Shown here piece by piece: positions 48,732-58,937 of a DNA stretch of 64,000 nt. Made by a program: the position numbers and the translations under genes. The stretch is taken from positions 124,001-188,000 of IMG/VR virus record IMGVR_UViG_3300046513_000348; one strand, written 5' to 3'. Within the stretch, counting starts at the first letter, position 1. Each line of letters begins with the position of its first letter. Under the pieces are notes generated by a model. The model made no database searches, was not told where the DNA came from, and worked only from the letters and a program-made list of their open reading frames with translations.

Positions 48732-50879
48732 TTACTTGATCACACGCAGCAGCACGGCCTTCTCGTTCAGGAAGGAACGCGATGCTTCGATCACGCGCAG
48801 GTCCGAGGTCTGGATGAAGAAGCGGCCGTAGTCATCGGCGCCTTTCGTCAGCAGTTCTTGGGCCAGGTCGTGGAAGAACGGATTGGCTTCCGGCAGGATC
48901 TGCGATGCAACGTCCGGGACCATGTCGATGTCGAGATTGAACCCGACTTCGTTGATGTACATGATCTTGGTCGGCATTGCCACCACGAACGGCTTGATGC
49001 CAGTCGGGCTTTCCGGCAGCTGGGTCATCACGTAGATCTCGGCTTCCGTATCGGTGTTCATCAGGTTGCGGAGTTCGCGTTCCTGATGGGTGCTGATCGC
49101 ATCGCGATAAGCTTCACCGTACTGCGAAGTGATCAGGGCGAAGAGTTCCAGCCAGTCTTCGGTGAACGAACCGACGCGCAGTGCCGGGATCGACAGGTTC
49201 TGACGCAGCATGCGGTTGACCGAAGTCGTCAGGTAACGATCCAGTTGCAGGAAGAGTTCCTTGCGGATCTTCTTCGAGTACAGACGCAGCTTCTCAGCCA
49301 TCTTGGTGAAGGTCGAGATGCTACGCAGCTCTTCCAGCAGGCCGGCTTCTTCGTCCGTCGTGATGAACGGTTCGATGATGCTCGACTTGCCGACTGCGAT
49401 TTCAACGGGATGGTACTTTTCGCCGTTGGGTTGCTGGCGCTCGATGCCGAAGCGACGGATATTCATGCGGAGCATGACTTCCTTCAAGCCGTATGCCAGG
49501 TACTGGTGTTCGCTGAAGTCCACACGGTTGTGGTAAGTCACCGACTGATCCGAACCTTCGACATTGAAGTCTTCGGACGGATTGATCAGTGCCGTGTGCA
49601 GGTCGTTCAGGCGCTTGCCGACACCGCCGTCTTCGAAACGGCTGAAGTCACGCGGCGAGTTGCCGAACGCCATCGATGCGTGGTCGTAGTAGTTCACGAT
49701 ACTGCCCTTGTTGACAACACGCGGGACGACGGTACCGGCGGTCAGGTCCATCTCGTAGAACAGATCCTGCGTGTGGTTGAAGACGAACGGATGCGGGTGT
49801 TTGGCGCTCGGGACCCATGCATCCAGATTTTCGAACGCTTGCAGCGTCGGGTTGTTGGTGTCCGCCAACTGGCTGCGAACATCGATATCGTTGTTTTCCA
49901 TGCGATTTCCTTGGTTGGAACCTGCTGCATTTTCACGCTCGAGAGCGTCGGTGATGTCGGAGTCACGGCTCGAACCCGGCAGACGCTGGATACGAGCGGG
50001 ACGTGCTGGAGCTTCTTCGTCACGACGACGAGTCTGGGTGCTCGGCAGCGAATCGGCGTAGCGGTCGTTCATGCGGCTGCCACGATCGCTGGCACCGTCA
50101 CGACGATCTTCGTCACGGTCTTCACGTTCATTGCGGTTGCTGCTGCCAGAATGATCTTCGAAGCGGTCGGACTGGTCCGTATTACCGAAACGATTCTCAC
50201 GGGTTTGCACGGAACGCTGAGGCGAACCATGAACACCGCCACGCACTGCACCGCGCTCCCAGCGATCACGACGGCTGTTGCCGCCACGACCACCACGATC
50301 GCCGCGATCGCTGCCGACATTGGCGCGGCCACCGCGATCACGATCGTCGTAACGTTCATCACGGTCGCGGTCACGACCACCACGGCCACCGGAAGGCAGG
50401 CGATTGCCATTGCGACGATATGCATCCACCGCTGCACGATACTTCTCGAACAGACGCACTGCACGCTCGATGTCGCGGTCTTGGCTACGGCCGACGAAAT
50501 CCATCAGATCCGGATAATCTTCGGTCATGTAAGCGATGTGCAGTGTGATGACGTCTTCGACGACAGGGATGACTGCGTCACGAACGTCGCGGAACTTGCC
50601 TTCGGTCACGCCGATGTCCACGATGTCAGCGATCATGCCGATCAGGTCTTCGAAGTCGCGATTCTTGTAGTCGCGATCCGACATCAGGTTGTAGTAGAAA
50701 GTACGCAGCTCGTTGTCACGAGCGCGCTCCTGGATGGTATCGATTGCGTTGTAAACGATATCGTCCATGCGATCGTCAATCTCACGGATCGCGTGACTGA
50801 AGCTCACGGGCAGTCGATCGTTACGGAGATTGACGTCATGACCTTCGAGCCGGTCTGCGCTAAAGGGGAGTCGTGCCAT
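48732..50879 (-). CDS. Conserved jumbo-phage protein with RGG/RD-rich disordered region
   Basis: 715 aa directly behind the RNAP subunit gene. Central GGRGGRDRDRDERYDDRDRGGR segment. Confidence 0.8.
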   Translation of the reverse strand: MARLPFSADRLEGHDVNLRNDRLPVSFSHAIREIDDRMDDIVYNAIDTIQERARDNELRTFYYNLMSDRDYKNRDFEDLIGMIADIVDIGVTEGKFRDVRDAVIPVVEDVITLHIAYMTEDYPDLMDFVGRSQDRDIERAVRLFEKYRAAVDAYRRNGNRLPSGGRGGRDRDRDERYDDRDRGGRANVGSDRGDRGGRGGNSRRDRWERGAVRGGVHGSPQRSVQTRENRFGNTDQSDRFEDHSGSSNRNEREDRDEDRRDGASDRGSRMNDRYADSLPSTQTRRRDEEAPARPARIQRLPGSSRDSDITDALERENAAGSNQGNRMENNDIDVRSQLADTNNPTLQAFENLDAWVPSAKHPHPFVFNHTQDLFYEMDLTAGTVVPRVVNKGSIVNYYDHASMAFGNSPRDFSRFEDGGVGKRLNDLHTALINPSEDFNVEGSDQSVTYHNRVDFSEHQYLAYGLKEVMLRMNIRRFGIERQQPNGEKYHPVEIAVGKSSIIEPFITTDEEAGLLEELRSISTFTKMAEKLRLYSKKIRKELFLQLDRYLTTSVNRMLRQNLSIPALRVGSFTEDWLELFALITSQYGEAYRDAISTHQERELRNLMNTDTEAEIYVMTQLPESPTGIKPFVVAMPTKIMYINEVGFNLDIDMVPDVASQILPEANPFFHDLAQELLTKGADDYGRFFIQTSDLRVIEASRSFLNEKAVLLRVIK

Positions 50880-50885
50880 TTTGTA

Positions 50886-52574
50886 TTACCGCCTTTTGAA
50901 TTTTTCGTTGGTATGTTGGAGAAGCGGAGCGAATTCCGGCGGTTCCATCGTAATGAAGTCCGGCGTGATCGTTCCATAGACGTTTAGTCGCGTCCTGCCT
51001 GTCGGGGTTTTCTTCTGGATGTTCAGATAACCACCGATCGGTGCGATAGATGCATCCAGGACTTTGGACGAACCCTGAGAATTGCTATCGCGCCTTGCCC
51101 CTTTACTGCTGCTGCTGGTTTGTGGAACCAAGAGCGTGGTCAACTTGAATGCCATGTTATCGCCAGGGATGGCGATGGACGAGACACCAGGACGACCATT
51201 AGTGATCTTGAAGATCGGGCCAGGTTTGAGTTTCTTTTTGAAGATCTCCTCGATCGTCTTCCGCGTCAGTGGCCGTTTCGGGTCCGTCAGCGAACGACGA
51301 TATGCCGTATGGATGGCAAAGTTTGTCTCTACGATTGCATGGGTGATGTCGTAAAGGACGTAGTTCAGGACACTCAGTTCCTTGCCATACATACTGCTGA
51401 TCCGGTCAGAGTCCTGCAGGATCCAGGAGTTGCAATACTTCATCACATGCACGAAGAAATCGTACGTGCTCGTGACGTCAATGCCAATGGACTTCAGCTT
51501 TTGCTGCGTAATCAGGTCCATGTACTGGTCGATTGACTTGAAGTGGTCACGCACTTTATCGTGCAGAAGCCCTTCATTCATATCACCCGTCCAGAGAATG
51601 TGGCCCATCAAGACTTTCCACAACCAGAGATTGTCGATGTCTCGCAGGATCATCCGCTTAGGGAAGTGATCGACCAGATAGAAGAATGCCCCAACGAGGC
51701 TTTCCACTTGCTGGGTAAACTGATTACGAGGGATGGCCACTTTGATGCGGCTACGTACCCAGTCCATGCGCGGGTTACTGCTGGGTTGTACCCCACGCGA
51801 TTCGCAAATCACCCAGTCTTCAGTAGGATACAGATCCATTTCCATGGAGTCGTCCCCAAAGTGAGGAGTGACGCCATAGTACCGCTTGAATGTTTCCGTG
51901 ACACCATACTTGCAGAACAGGTAGTGCGCCAGCGACGTTTCCATCTTAATTGTCGGCTGGAGCGCCTTCATGTCTGCCGTCTTGTTGTAGATATTCGACC
52001 AGACCACTTGGGTCGAACGGTTACGACCATCGACCTGGAAGACGTAGTCCAGGCGACGGAAGATCAACTTGATGCACAGCAATTGTGCAAAGACATTGTC
52101 GTCATCGGGGGAGATAACGATGTCCTGCAGAATCGGACTGATCGCAAAACGCGAACCTGCGATCGTGATCAAGCCGCCCTTCGTGACGAAAGGCAGATAG
52201 ATGAACCGGGAAGGCAAGTCCTCGAACTTGTTGCTGCCCGGCTCTTTGAAACGGAAGAAAAACTTCACCAGGAACACATCCGAGCGGGCTACGTCGAATG
52301 CGGTCTTGGGAGCTTTCTTGAGTTTGGTCTCGACCCGTTTCGTGGTCTTCGTGGGAGAACGCTTGCGCGCACCCTCACGATATTCTTCAGGCGGAGTACA
52401 TCGTTCATACCCAGCATACACCAGGCAATCTGGAAACTCTCGCGAGATGCTCTTCCAGACCTGATCGATGAACTTGAGCGCCGAAGGGATATGCTTGGTT
52501 GCGATACCACTCGCAATCGCATCGTTGAACTTGCCAACGAGGCGACTCCGGAGCTCAGCGAAAGTTGGATCCAT
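50886..52574 (-). CDS. Non-virion RNA polymerase beta-subunit fragment (phiKZ gp123-like)
   Basis: YAGYERCTPPEEY, IYLPF...ITIAGSRFAISPIL.D.VIS, HYLFCKYG and RTRLNVY. Located two genes after the capsid gene as in phiKZ-like phages. Confidence 0.8.
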   Translation of the reverse strand: MDPTFAELRSRLVGKFNDAIASGIATKHIPSALKFIDQVWKSISREFPDCLVYAGYERCTPPEEYREGARKRSPTKTTKRVETKLKKAPKTAFDVARSDVFLVKFFFRFKEPGSNKFEDLPSRFIYLPFVTKGGLITIAGSRFAISPILQDIVISPDDDNVFAQLLCIKLIFRRLDYVFQVDGRNRSTQVVWSNIYNKTADMKALQPTIKMETSLAHYLFCKYGVTETFKRYYGVTPHFGDDSMEMDLYPTEDWVICESRGVQPSSNPRMDWVRSRIKVAIPRNQFTQQVESLVGAFFYLVDHFPKRMILRDIDNLWLWKVLMGHILWTGDMNEGLLHDKVRDHFKSIDQYMDLITQQKLKSIGIDVTSTYDFFVHVMKYCNSWILQDSDRISSMYGKELSVLNYVLYDITHAIVETNFAIHTAYRRSLTDPKRPLTRKTIEEIFKKKLKPGPIFKITNGRPGVSSIAIPGDNMAFKLTTLLVPQTSSSSKGARRDSNSQGSSKVLDASIAPIGGYLNIQKKTPTGRTRLNVYGTITPDFITMEPPEFAPLLQHTNEKFKRR

Positions 52575-52592
52575 TAACTTCTCCGCTAAGTG

Positions 52593-53741
52593 TTATTTTG
52601 AAAAGAGGCCTTTAAGTGCTACGAATGCTGCTCCTGCACCAATGATCAGGCCTGGAATGAACTTCACGAACTCTGACGTATCTTTCCGCACAGTCGAACG
52701 ACCTTCGTAGAAATCTCTAATCCTCATTTGCTCGAGTTTGGCCTCGTGTTCTTCACGAGCGAAGCGTTGTTGTTGCTCGACCTCATACAGCCGATGCTTA
52801 CGCTCTTTTTCCTCAAGCTCCCTTTGCAGCGCACCATTCTGTCGTTCAAGCTCAAGCTTTTCCAAATCCTGGCTCGACTTCGTCAATGTTGTCTCTGCGG
52901 AAATTTTTCTTGTTTCTAGATCAAGTTCCTTTAATTCTAGACTCGCTTCTATCTCTCTTTCAGGAGAATTACGCGCTTCTGCAAACGTTGTAAAAAGCCA
53001 ACCAAGCTTGTCAATTTCCTCTGCTGGCGTAAAGTCGATGAAGTCCCTGAGGTCTGCTCGGGGATTATCCATCAGGCCGCGATATGCGGTATAAACGCCA
53101 TCTGGTTTTAGACCATTCTTGATTGGATCGATTCTTACTACTTTTCCCATCATTCGAATGTAGCGTGCACCGATCGTTTCTTTGTTGTCAACAATGAATA
53201 CGCCTAGACCGCCCTCAGTTACAGTTCGGACACTCTTCGGAGTATGGCTCATCGCTTCTAACGAAAACGGATGAAGTGGTATATTATCCTGTTTTGTCGA
53301 TAAGATAATATCTAGTTCAGTTAGATAGATCGTTCCGCCTTGGTGATTTATATCGCCTGCTGAAATACGATAATCGAACTTTAGCGTTACTCCATGCGCT
53401 TGATCTCGATAAGTCTCTAAGAACAGCTTCTTGAACGCCCTCAAGTCGCTACTCTCAATTCCTTCATGACTTAACAAGCGATCTCTAACGGATGCCTTGA
53501 GATTATCGGTCAGGTTGAGTTCTTGCCTGATGATAAAGTCTTGACGATGTCGATCGGACCTTGGCTGTAGGTCATAGATGACTCCGTTACGCGTCCCCAT
53601 CCTTATTGTTCTGCCTGAATAATTCAGGAACTTCGTGTGGATGGATAGATCGCAATGCTCGTGCACCGAATACTGGTGAGCTGGTGATTCAATTAGCGGT
53701 ACCGAAATAACGGCCGCTAGTTTCCCCCTTTCAGCTTCCAT
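52593..53741 (-). CDS. Conserved hypothetical protein (phiKZ gp122-like position), coiled coil + C-terminal hydrophobic tail
   Basis: 382 aa between the capsid and RNAP genes, more AT-rich. Confidence 0.7.
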   Translation of the reverse strand: MEAERGKLAAVISVPLIESPAHQYSVHEHCDLSIHTKFLNYSGRTIRMGTRNGVIYDLQPRSDRHRQDFIIRQELNLTDNLKASVRDRLLSHEGIESSDLRAFKKLFLETYRDQAHGVTLKFDYRISAGDINHQGGTIYLTELDIILSTKQDNIPLHPFSLEAMSHTPKSVRTVTEGGLGVFIVDNKETIGARYIRMMGKVVRIDPIKNGLKPDGVYTAYRGLMDNPRADLRDFIDFTPAEEIDKLGWLFTTFAEARNSPEREIEASLELKELDLETRKISAETTLTKSSQDLEKLELERQNGALQRELEEKERKHRLYEVEQQQRFAREEHEAKLEQMRIRDFYEGRSTVRKDTSEFVKFIPGLIIGAGAAFVALKGLFSK

Positions 53742-53833
53742 GTGCAGTTCGTCCTACGTTATTGATTCTTAACATCTTATTCGACCCTACCTTTTTACAG
53801 CTGAGTCTCCTTAGCCCTGGGAACTTCAAGCTA

Positions 53834-53843
53834 ATGATATATT
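53834..53843 (-). promoter_or_regulatory. AATATATCAT motif, candidate phage promoter
   Basis: Third copy of the intergenic 10-mer, just after the capsid terminator. Confidence 0.5.
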
Positions 53844-53869
53844 CTTAAAAATAAATAGACAGCATAAAC

Positions 53870-53901
53870 CCTCTCTCCTACCCTTGCGGGTAGGAGAGAG
53901 G
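53870..53901 (-). terminator. Stem-loop downstream of major capsid gene
   Basis: CCTCTCTCCTACCC-TTGC-GGGTAGGAGAGAGG (GCAA loop on the minus strand). Confidence 0.85.
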
Positions 53902-53947
53902 AGTCTGCCTTTAGTTAGGCTTAGCTAGGTCACGAAGACGAAGCTAA

Positions 53948-56209
53948 TTACGGCGCCGGCGCCGGCTCGGTCGTGTTCTCGATCGAGAGCACGGCCTTCT
54001 GGGTCAGGGCCTGCTGCAGGTTCTTCACGGTCACCACGCCCAGGATCGGGGTCAGCGGGATGTGACGGAACGACGGGTGAACGATCAGTTCACGCGAGTG
54101 GCTGCCACGGCTCAGGTTCAGAGCGGCGACGACTTCCGGCTTGTTGATCATCATGCCGTGATCCAGAGGGTGCGGAACACCCGGGTTGGCCGACGGGTAG
54201 CCCAGGGCGATGAAGATCTTGTCGTAGACGCGGCGGTCCGGGGTCGAAGCTTTCTCGTAGGAGAAGTCCGGGCCCATGGTGCGGGTGTCGCCGTTGATCT
54301 TCAGGTACTGGGTCAGCACCATGTCGGTACCGAGCTTGACGACCGGCAGGGCGGCTTCCGTGCCTTCCAGCAGGTTCGCCGCAGCTTGCCAGTTCGACTT
54401 CTGCCACAGCTTGTAGGCCACGATGGTGCAGGTGTCGGTCAGGATCGAGGTGATGTCGTCGTAGCGCTGATGCTGCGCGGTCGTGGTAACTTCCGCGGCC
54501 AGGTCCAGTTCGACTTCTTCCAGGACCGGCTCGACCAGGTAGGACGAGATGCCCATGATTTCCGGCTGACGGCCGACGATGTCCGAACGCTTGCTGTACT
54601 GGCGCAGGCTTTCGACTTCGCTCAGCAGCTGGGTCACGGCCAGGTTCGACTGGCGAACCTTGCACAGGTACGACAGCGCAGCAGCGTGCAGCGCGTCTTG
54701 TGCATCGCCGTTGGTGATCGGACGCTGCACGGACAGCGGCGAACCCAGCGACACGCCGTACACCTGGCGGTAGGTGTTGAAGTCAGCCAGCTGGCCCAGT
54801 TCACGCAGCGAGCTGTTGACCTTACGTGCGTCGATGTCGACGCCGATGATCTTGGCAGTTGCGAACAGCTCGACCATCGCGGCATTGCCGGCGGCCGACA
54901 GGTCGACCGGCTGGCCCAGGGCGTTCTTCACGGTGTTGGCGAAGACGGAACCGGTGATGATCTCGTAGGACGAATCCTGCAGGTTGATGTCGCCGTTGAT
55001 CTTGAAGGTCAGCCATGCGGTCGAAGCGTTGTCGCCCTGGAAGGCGGTCAGCAGTTCGGACACGCCGCCGTTGAACAGCGAGGTGTTCTTGCCGATGGTT
55101 GCAGCGTCGGTATTGAACGCCAGGTCCATACGACGGGTCAGACCCTGCTGGCCTTCGACGAACTGGTTCATCGGGCTGTTGCGGGTGTCGATACGGACGA
55201 CTTCCTTCTTCGTACCGTCGGCGTTCTGGAACTGGATGTACACGCCGGTCAGGACAGCACCCGGGTCCAGTGCGTCGGTCTGGTCCAGCACGCCCTTGGC
55301 CAGCTGCGCGTCGGTTTGTGCCAGGCGGAACAGCGAAGCGCGGTAGTTCACCTTCAGCGGTGCGGTCTGCACGCCGGTGCCGTCTTCGAGGGTCACGGCG
55401 TACGGCGCCACCAGGGCCGGGTCGACGAACGCATCCTTGGTCTGCTCGCGGACGATCGGGACGATCTTCAGCGTGTCGTTCTTCAGGATGGTGTGGTCGA
55501 TTTCAGCGTTGACGATGTTGCGACGGTTGAAGTCGGTCAGGCGCTTTTCCAGCTCGTGACGGACCTGGTCGTGCACGGAAATCAGCGGGATTTCCATTTC
55601 GATCGCGTACTGGTCCGGCGACAGGTTGACGGTCTTGTAGAACATCTCGCCGAACTTGTTCTGGGTGGCGGTAGCCAGCGCGAACGCAGCGGTGAAGTTC
55701 AGGGTTTCGTCGTTCGGCTTGGTGTCGTACGCTTCCAGCGACTTCTGGCCCAGCTTGGTCGGATCGACGCCGCTGTGGTCCGGAATGAACACGTCGAACG
55801 GGCCGCTCGACTTGTGCTGGTTCTTGTTGCCCTGGCGCAGGATGTGCGCTTTCGGGTTCATTGCCGAAGCCAGCGCGAAGCGGACGGCTTCCTGCTGCTG
55901 CGGGGTGATGTCGCTGGTGCCGGCTTTCGGGTGGATGCGGGTGAACGACTCGATCGACACTTGCAGGGTGTCCAGCATGCCGGCGGCGTCGTCTTCCTGG
56001 CCTTGGGTGAACGACTCGTTCGAGATCAGGACCATGCCCAGATCCGAGTTCGGCGTCAGGCTGCCTTCGGTGCGCAGCTGTGCGACCAGGTTGAATGCCG
56101 CATTGGCGACGTTTTGTGCTTCGACGTCAGCGCGCTTGGTGTACTTCGATTTGGAAACAAAAGCCATGGTTATTACCTCTTTATTCCTAGGAAAAAGGTG
56201 ATGGGACAA
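53948..56209 (-). CDS. Major capsid protein (phiKZ gp120-like)
   Basis: About 740 aa with extreme codon bias (highly expressed), SLEAYD maturation-like site, QDxFxExFYxT-like FGEMFYKT motif and PSFRHIP..PI near the C-terminus. Likely start MAFVSK at 56167. Confidence 0.85.
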   Translation of the reverse strand: MSHHLFPRNKEVITMAFVSKSKYTKRADVEAQNVANAAFNLVAQLRTEGSLTPNSDLGMVLISNESFTQGQEDDAAGMLDTLQVSIESFTRIHPKAGTSDITPQQQEAVRFALASAMNPKAHILRQGNKNQHKSSGPFDVFIPDHSGVDPTKLGQKSLEAYDTKPNDETLNFTAAFALATATQNKFGEMFYKTVNLSPDQYAIEMEIPLISVHDQVRHELEKRLTDFNRRNIVNAEIDHTILKNDTLKIVPIVREQTKDAFVDPALVAPYAVTLEDGTGVQTAPLKVNYRASLFRLAQTDAQLAKGVLDQTDALDPGAVLTGVYIQFQNADGTKKEVVRIDTRNSPMNQFVEGQQGLTRRMDLAFNTDAATIGKNTSLFNGGVSELLTAFQGDNASTAWLTFKINGDINLQDSSYEIITGSVFANTVKNALGQPVDLSAAGNAAMVELFATAKIIGVDIDARKVNSSLRELGQLADFNTYRQVYGVSLGSPLSVQRPITNGDAQDALHAAALSYLCKVRQSNLAVTQLLSEVESLRQYSKRSDIVGRQPEIMGISSYLVEPVLEEVELDLAAEVTTTAQHQRYDDITSILTDTCTIVAYKLWQKSNWQAAANLLEGTEAALPVVKLGTDMVLTQYLKINGDTRTMGPDFSYEKASTPDRRVYDKIFIALGYPSANPGVPHPLDHGMMINKPEVVAALNLSRGSHSRELIVHPSFRHIPLTPILGVVTVKNLQQALTQKAVLSIENTTEPAPAP

Positions 56210-56271
56210 AATCTAACTCAAAACCGGTTTTGATGGCAAATACCACCAAAGTATAGATTCAAGTTCGAAAC

Positions 56272-56907
56272 TTATTTCAGGCGCGACAATTCGATCAGAT
56301 ACCAATCGAACCAGCAGGTCTGATGCACGACGTTGAGGTCGTAATACGATTGCAGCTTCTCTACGATGCTTCGCAGAATCGAAAGACGCAGTTCAGGATG
56401 GCGGTTGAGAATCACCGGCGAAAGGATTCCTTGGTTGAGGGCCACTACAACCAATTTGTCCGATGCCGAATAAACGCTATAAGATTGATGAAGATCGATC
56501 TTGTTTGCGGGTGCTTCCTTGAATGGGTCCAGGATGTACTGGTTCACCATCTTGGCTGCGTATTCTTTGTTGTCGCCCAGTTTGCTGATCTGGTTCCTGA
56601 CATATACATCAGTATCGGACTTGATCTCCGACTGTCCAGCGCCTTCTGGGAAGTACCAGCTGTAACCGATCGAGCGCGTGCTGCGCTCATTGAAGTCGCC
56701 AGGCTTTGGCATGTTGCCGCCATTCCAGAGAATGGACAAACCGTTGTGCGAGAACTTGTCGATAGCCACCAGTTGTTCCTGAGTGAACCATTGACGCATC
56801 TTCGAGAAGTTGACGAGATCTTCGATTTGGCCCTTACGAGCCAGCGTACGATAGACCCAGTCGGGGATCACATGGACTTGATCCCCCGGCATACTCTTTA
56901 AGAACAT
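56272..56907 (-). CDS. Conserved virion-associated hypothetical protein (phiKZ gp119-like position)
   Basis: 211 aa between the helicase and capsid genes. Confidence 0.65.
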   Translation of the reverse strand: MFLKSMPGDQVHVIPDWVYRTLARKGQIEDLVNFSKMRQWFTQEQLVAIDKFSHNGLSILWNGGNMPKPGDFNERSTRSIGYSWYFPEGAGQSEIKSDTDVYVRNQISKLGDNKEYAAKMVNQYILDPFKEAPANKIDLHQSYSVYSASDKLVVVALNQGILSPVILNRHPELRLSILRSIVEKLQSYYDLNVVHQTCWFDWYLIELSRLK

Positions 56908-57003
56908 AACCGTGTCCTATCTGGGTTGAAAATAAAATATAAAACTTAGCGGCTCTTATTTGAACAATTCACCGAACCCGACCAACAACAAGTAGGTCTC
57001 AAA

Positions 57004-58527
57004 ATGACCCCAAGACTTCTTCTTCTTAAGATCATCACTCTCTTGCATCTCGAATCGCAAATTGCGGGCGAAAATGCAAAGTCAGTCGATTTGGCAACGG
57101 AACTTCTCGCGACCGTCAAAATCCCTGAGGCCGACGTAGGTCTCATAGATAGTGAGCGCGAGATTATTGGAGCGCTCTACAACATATGTCGCAAACTGGC
57201 AAACGCCCCTGCTGGCGATGAGCCTGATAAATCGGACCTGCTTCAAGAGGTTCGTCTGCACTGCTCGACCGAGATCGACCTGTTCGAATCATTCAAGGAA
57301 GGTGTCATCCTCGAGTTGTCGCAAGAAGGTCTGAAAAAGCGCGTTGGCGTGATTCGAAAGGACCTGAAAGAATACCTGAACTTCGAAGCAACGAAGAAGC
57401 GTCTGTTCGATGCAGCACATACCCTTCGTTTCAAGAGCAACACGATCGAAGACATCTCGACTTATATCCGCGAGTTGTCGACTGATCTGGAGTCGTCTGT
57501 TACCAAGTCGTCCAAGAAGGACTCGGCCATTCTCGGCGAGATCAACATGGACGATAAGGAATCTGTCGTCAAGGCAGCTACTGCTGTTTCCAATGAGCAA
57601 TCCGGTGTTGGCAAACTGAAGTATCACCTTCAGGATCTGAACGACATGTTGAACGGAGGTCAGCGCCGTGGTGAATTCGTCTTGGCGTCGGCTCTGCCGC
57701 ACAACAACAAGTCGGGTTTCTCCCTGGACATCTTTGCTGGCATTGCCGTATATAACGAGCCGTATCTGTTCGATGTGACCAAGAAGCCCATGCTGCTTCG
57801 TATCTCGTTCGAAGATGACGTCGAGATGAACTTCAACCACCTCTACAAGCACTTCTGGGAACAGGAGCATGGCGAGGTGGCAATCATGACTGGCAAGTCG
57901 ACCGACGAGATTGCTCAGTACGTCATGGACAAGATGACGGTCAACGGTTGGCACGTCAGGATGATCAAGGTCGATCCATCGCTCTGGACTATCTTCGATC
58001 TGTTTGCTTATGTTCGTGATCTGGAAGCTGAAGGTTACGAGATCGCAATGTGCATGCTGGACTACATGCGTAAGATGCCTACTACGGGTTGCGTACAGGG
58101 CGTTGCAGGCGCTGACATCCGTGACATGGCCCGTCGTTGCCGTAACTTCTTCAACGCTCGTAAAACGGCTTTCTACACCCCGCACCAGATCTCGACTCAG
58201 GCAAAGGAAATCCAACGTTCTGTCCCGAAAGACTTCGTCAAGATGCTTCCGGGTGGTGGTTACTACGACGGCTGTAAGTCCCTGGATGCCGAAGCAGACA
58301 TCGAGATCTTCCAGCACATCGAGAAACAGAACGGGTTCAGTTATCTGACCCTGCACCGTGGCAAACACCGCGGTGCTCCTGTTCTGTCTGAAGACCAGAA
58401 GTACCTCGTCTACCAATTCCACGACATCGGTGGTATCCCTCCGGACATCGGTAAGGATCGCACTGGTCTTCGTAAGGTAGGCGGTAAGCCTGCTGGTCAA
58501 GCGGACGCTGACTTCGACTGGATGTAA
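57004..58527 (+). CDS. dnaB: DnaB-like replicative helicase (phiKZ gp118-like)
   Basis: LNGGQRRGEFVLASALPHNNKSGF (degenerate Walker A), MLDYM (Walker B), TPHQIS and RGKHRG. Confidence 0.85.
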   Translation: MTPRLLLLKIITLLHLESQIAGENAKSVDLATELLATVKIPEADVGLIDSEREIIGALYNICRKLANAPAGDEPDKSDLLQEVRLHCSTEIDLFESFKEGVILELSQEGLKKRVGVIRKDLKEYLNFEATKKRLFDAAHTLRFKSNTIEDISTYIRELSTDLESSVTKSSKKDSAILGEINMDDKESVVKAATAVSNEQSGVGKLKYHLQDLNDMLNGGQRRGEFVLASALPHNNKSGFSLDIFAGIAVYNEPYLFDVTKKPMLLRISFEDDVEMNFNHLYKHFWEQEHGEVAIMTGKSTDEIAQYVMDKMTVNGWHVRMIKVDPSLWTIFDLFAYVRDLEAEGYEIAMCMLDYMRKMPTTGCVQGVAGADIRDMARRCRNFFNARKTAFYTPHQISTQAKEIQRSVPKDFVKMLPGGGYYDGCKSLDAEADIEIFQHIEKQNGFSYLTLHRGKHRGAPVLSEDQKYLVYQFHDIGGIPPDIGKDRTGLRKVGGKPAGQADADFDWM

Positions 58528-58550
58528 ACAAGCAAAAAAAAAATAAGAGT

Positions 58551-58574
58551 CTCCTACCCCGCAAGGGGTAGGAG
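58551..58574. terminator. Bidirectional stem-loop
   Basis: CTCCTACCCC-GCAA-GGGGTAGGAG with an A-tract to the left. Confidence 0.85.
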
Positions 58575-58583
58575 TTCTCTGCC

Positions 58584-58937
58584 CTATGCTGTCTTCTTAG
58601 GACGATTCAACCAATGCTTCTTGCAGTACTTTCCTTGTTCTCGAGCAACAAGATCGCAGAAAGACCTGGTGAGGCGATACCCCTCTTTATCATCCAGCCA
58701 CTTGGTCTCGATGACGCCCTCACCGATGAACTTGTGCAGGATAGGCGGGAACATACACAGATTGTTTCCACTTACCCCGAAATGCCCTGCGATTTCGAGC
58801 ATGGTCTGCCATACTTCGCGATTGTTGTTCAGGAAACGAAGCAACTTAATCTCGTCATAGGAAGTTTGGTCTTGGAAGACCATTGGGGTGAAGATGGCTG
58901 TTGCCAACTCCACCCGCTGGCTCATAGCCGCAGCCAT
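58584..58937 (-). CDS. Winged-helix-like hypothetical protein
   Basis: LLRFL...TMLEIAGHFG...ILHKFIGEGVIETK...GYRLT pattern. Confidence 0.6.
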   Translation of the reverse strand: MAAAMSQRVELATAIFTPMVFQDQTSYDEIKLLRFLNNNREVWQTMLEIAGHFGVSGNNLCMFPPILHKFIGEGVIETKWLDDKEGYRLTRSFCDLVAREQGKYCKKHWLNRPKKTA

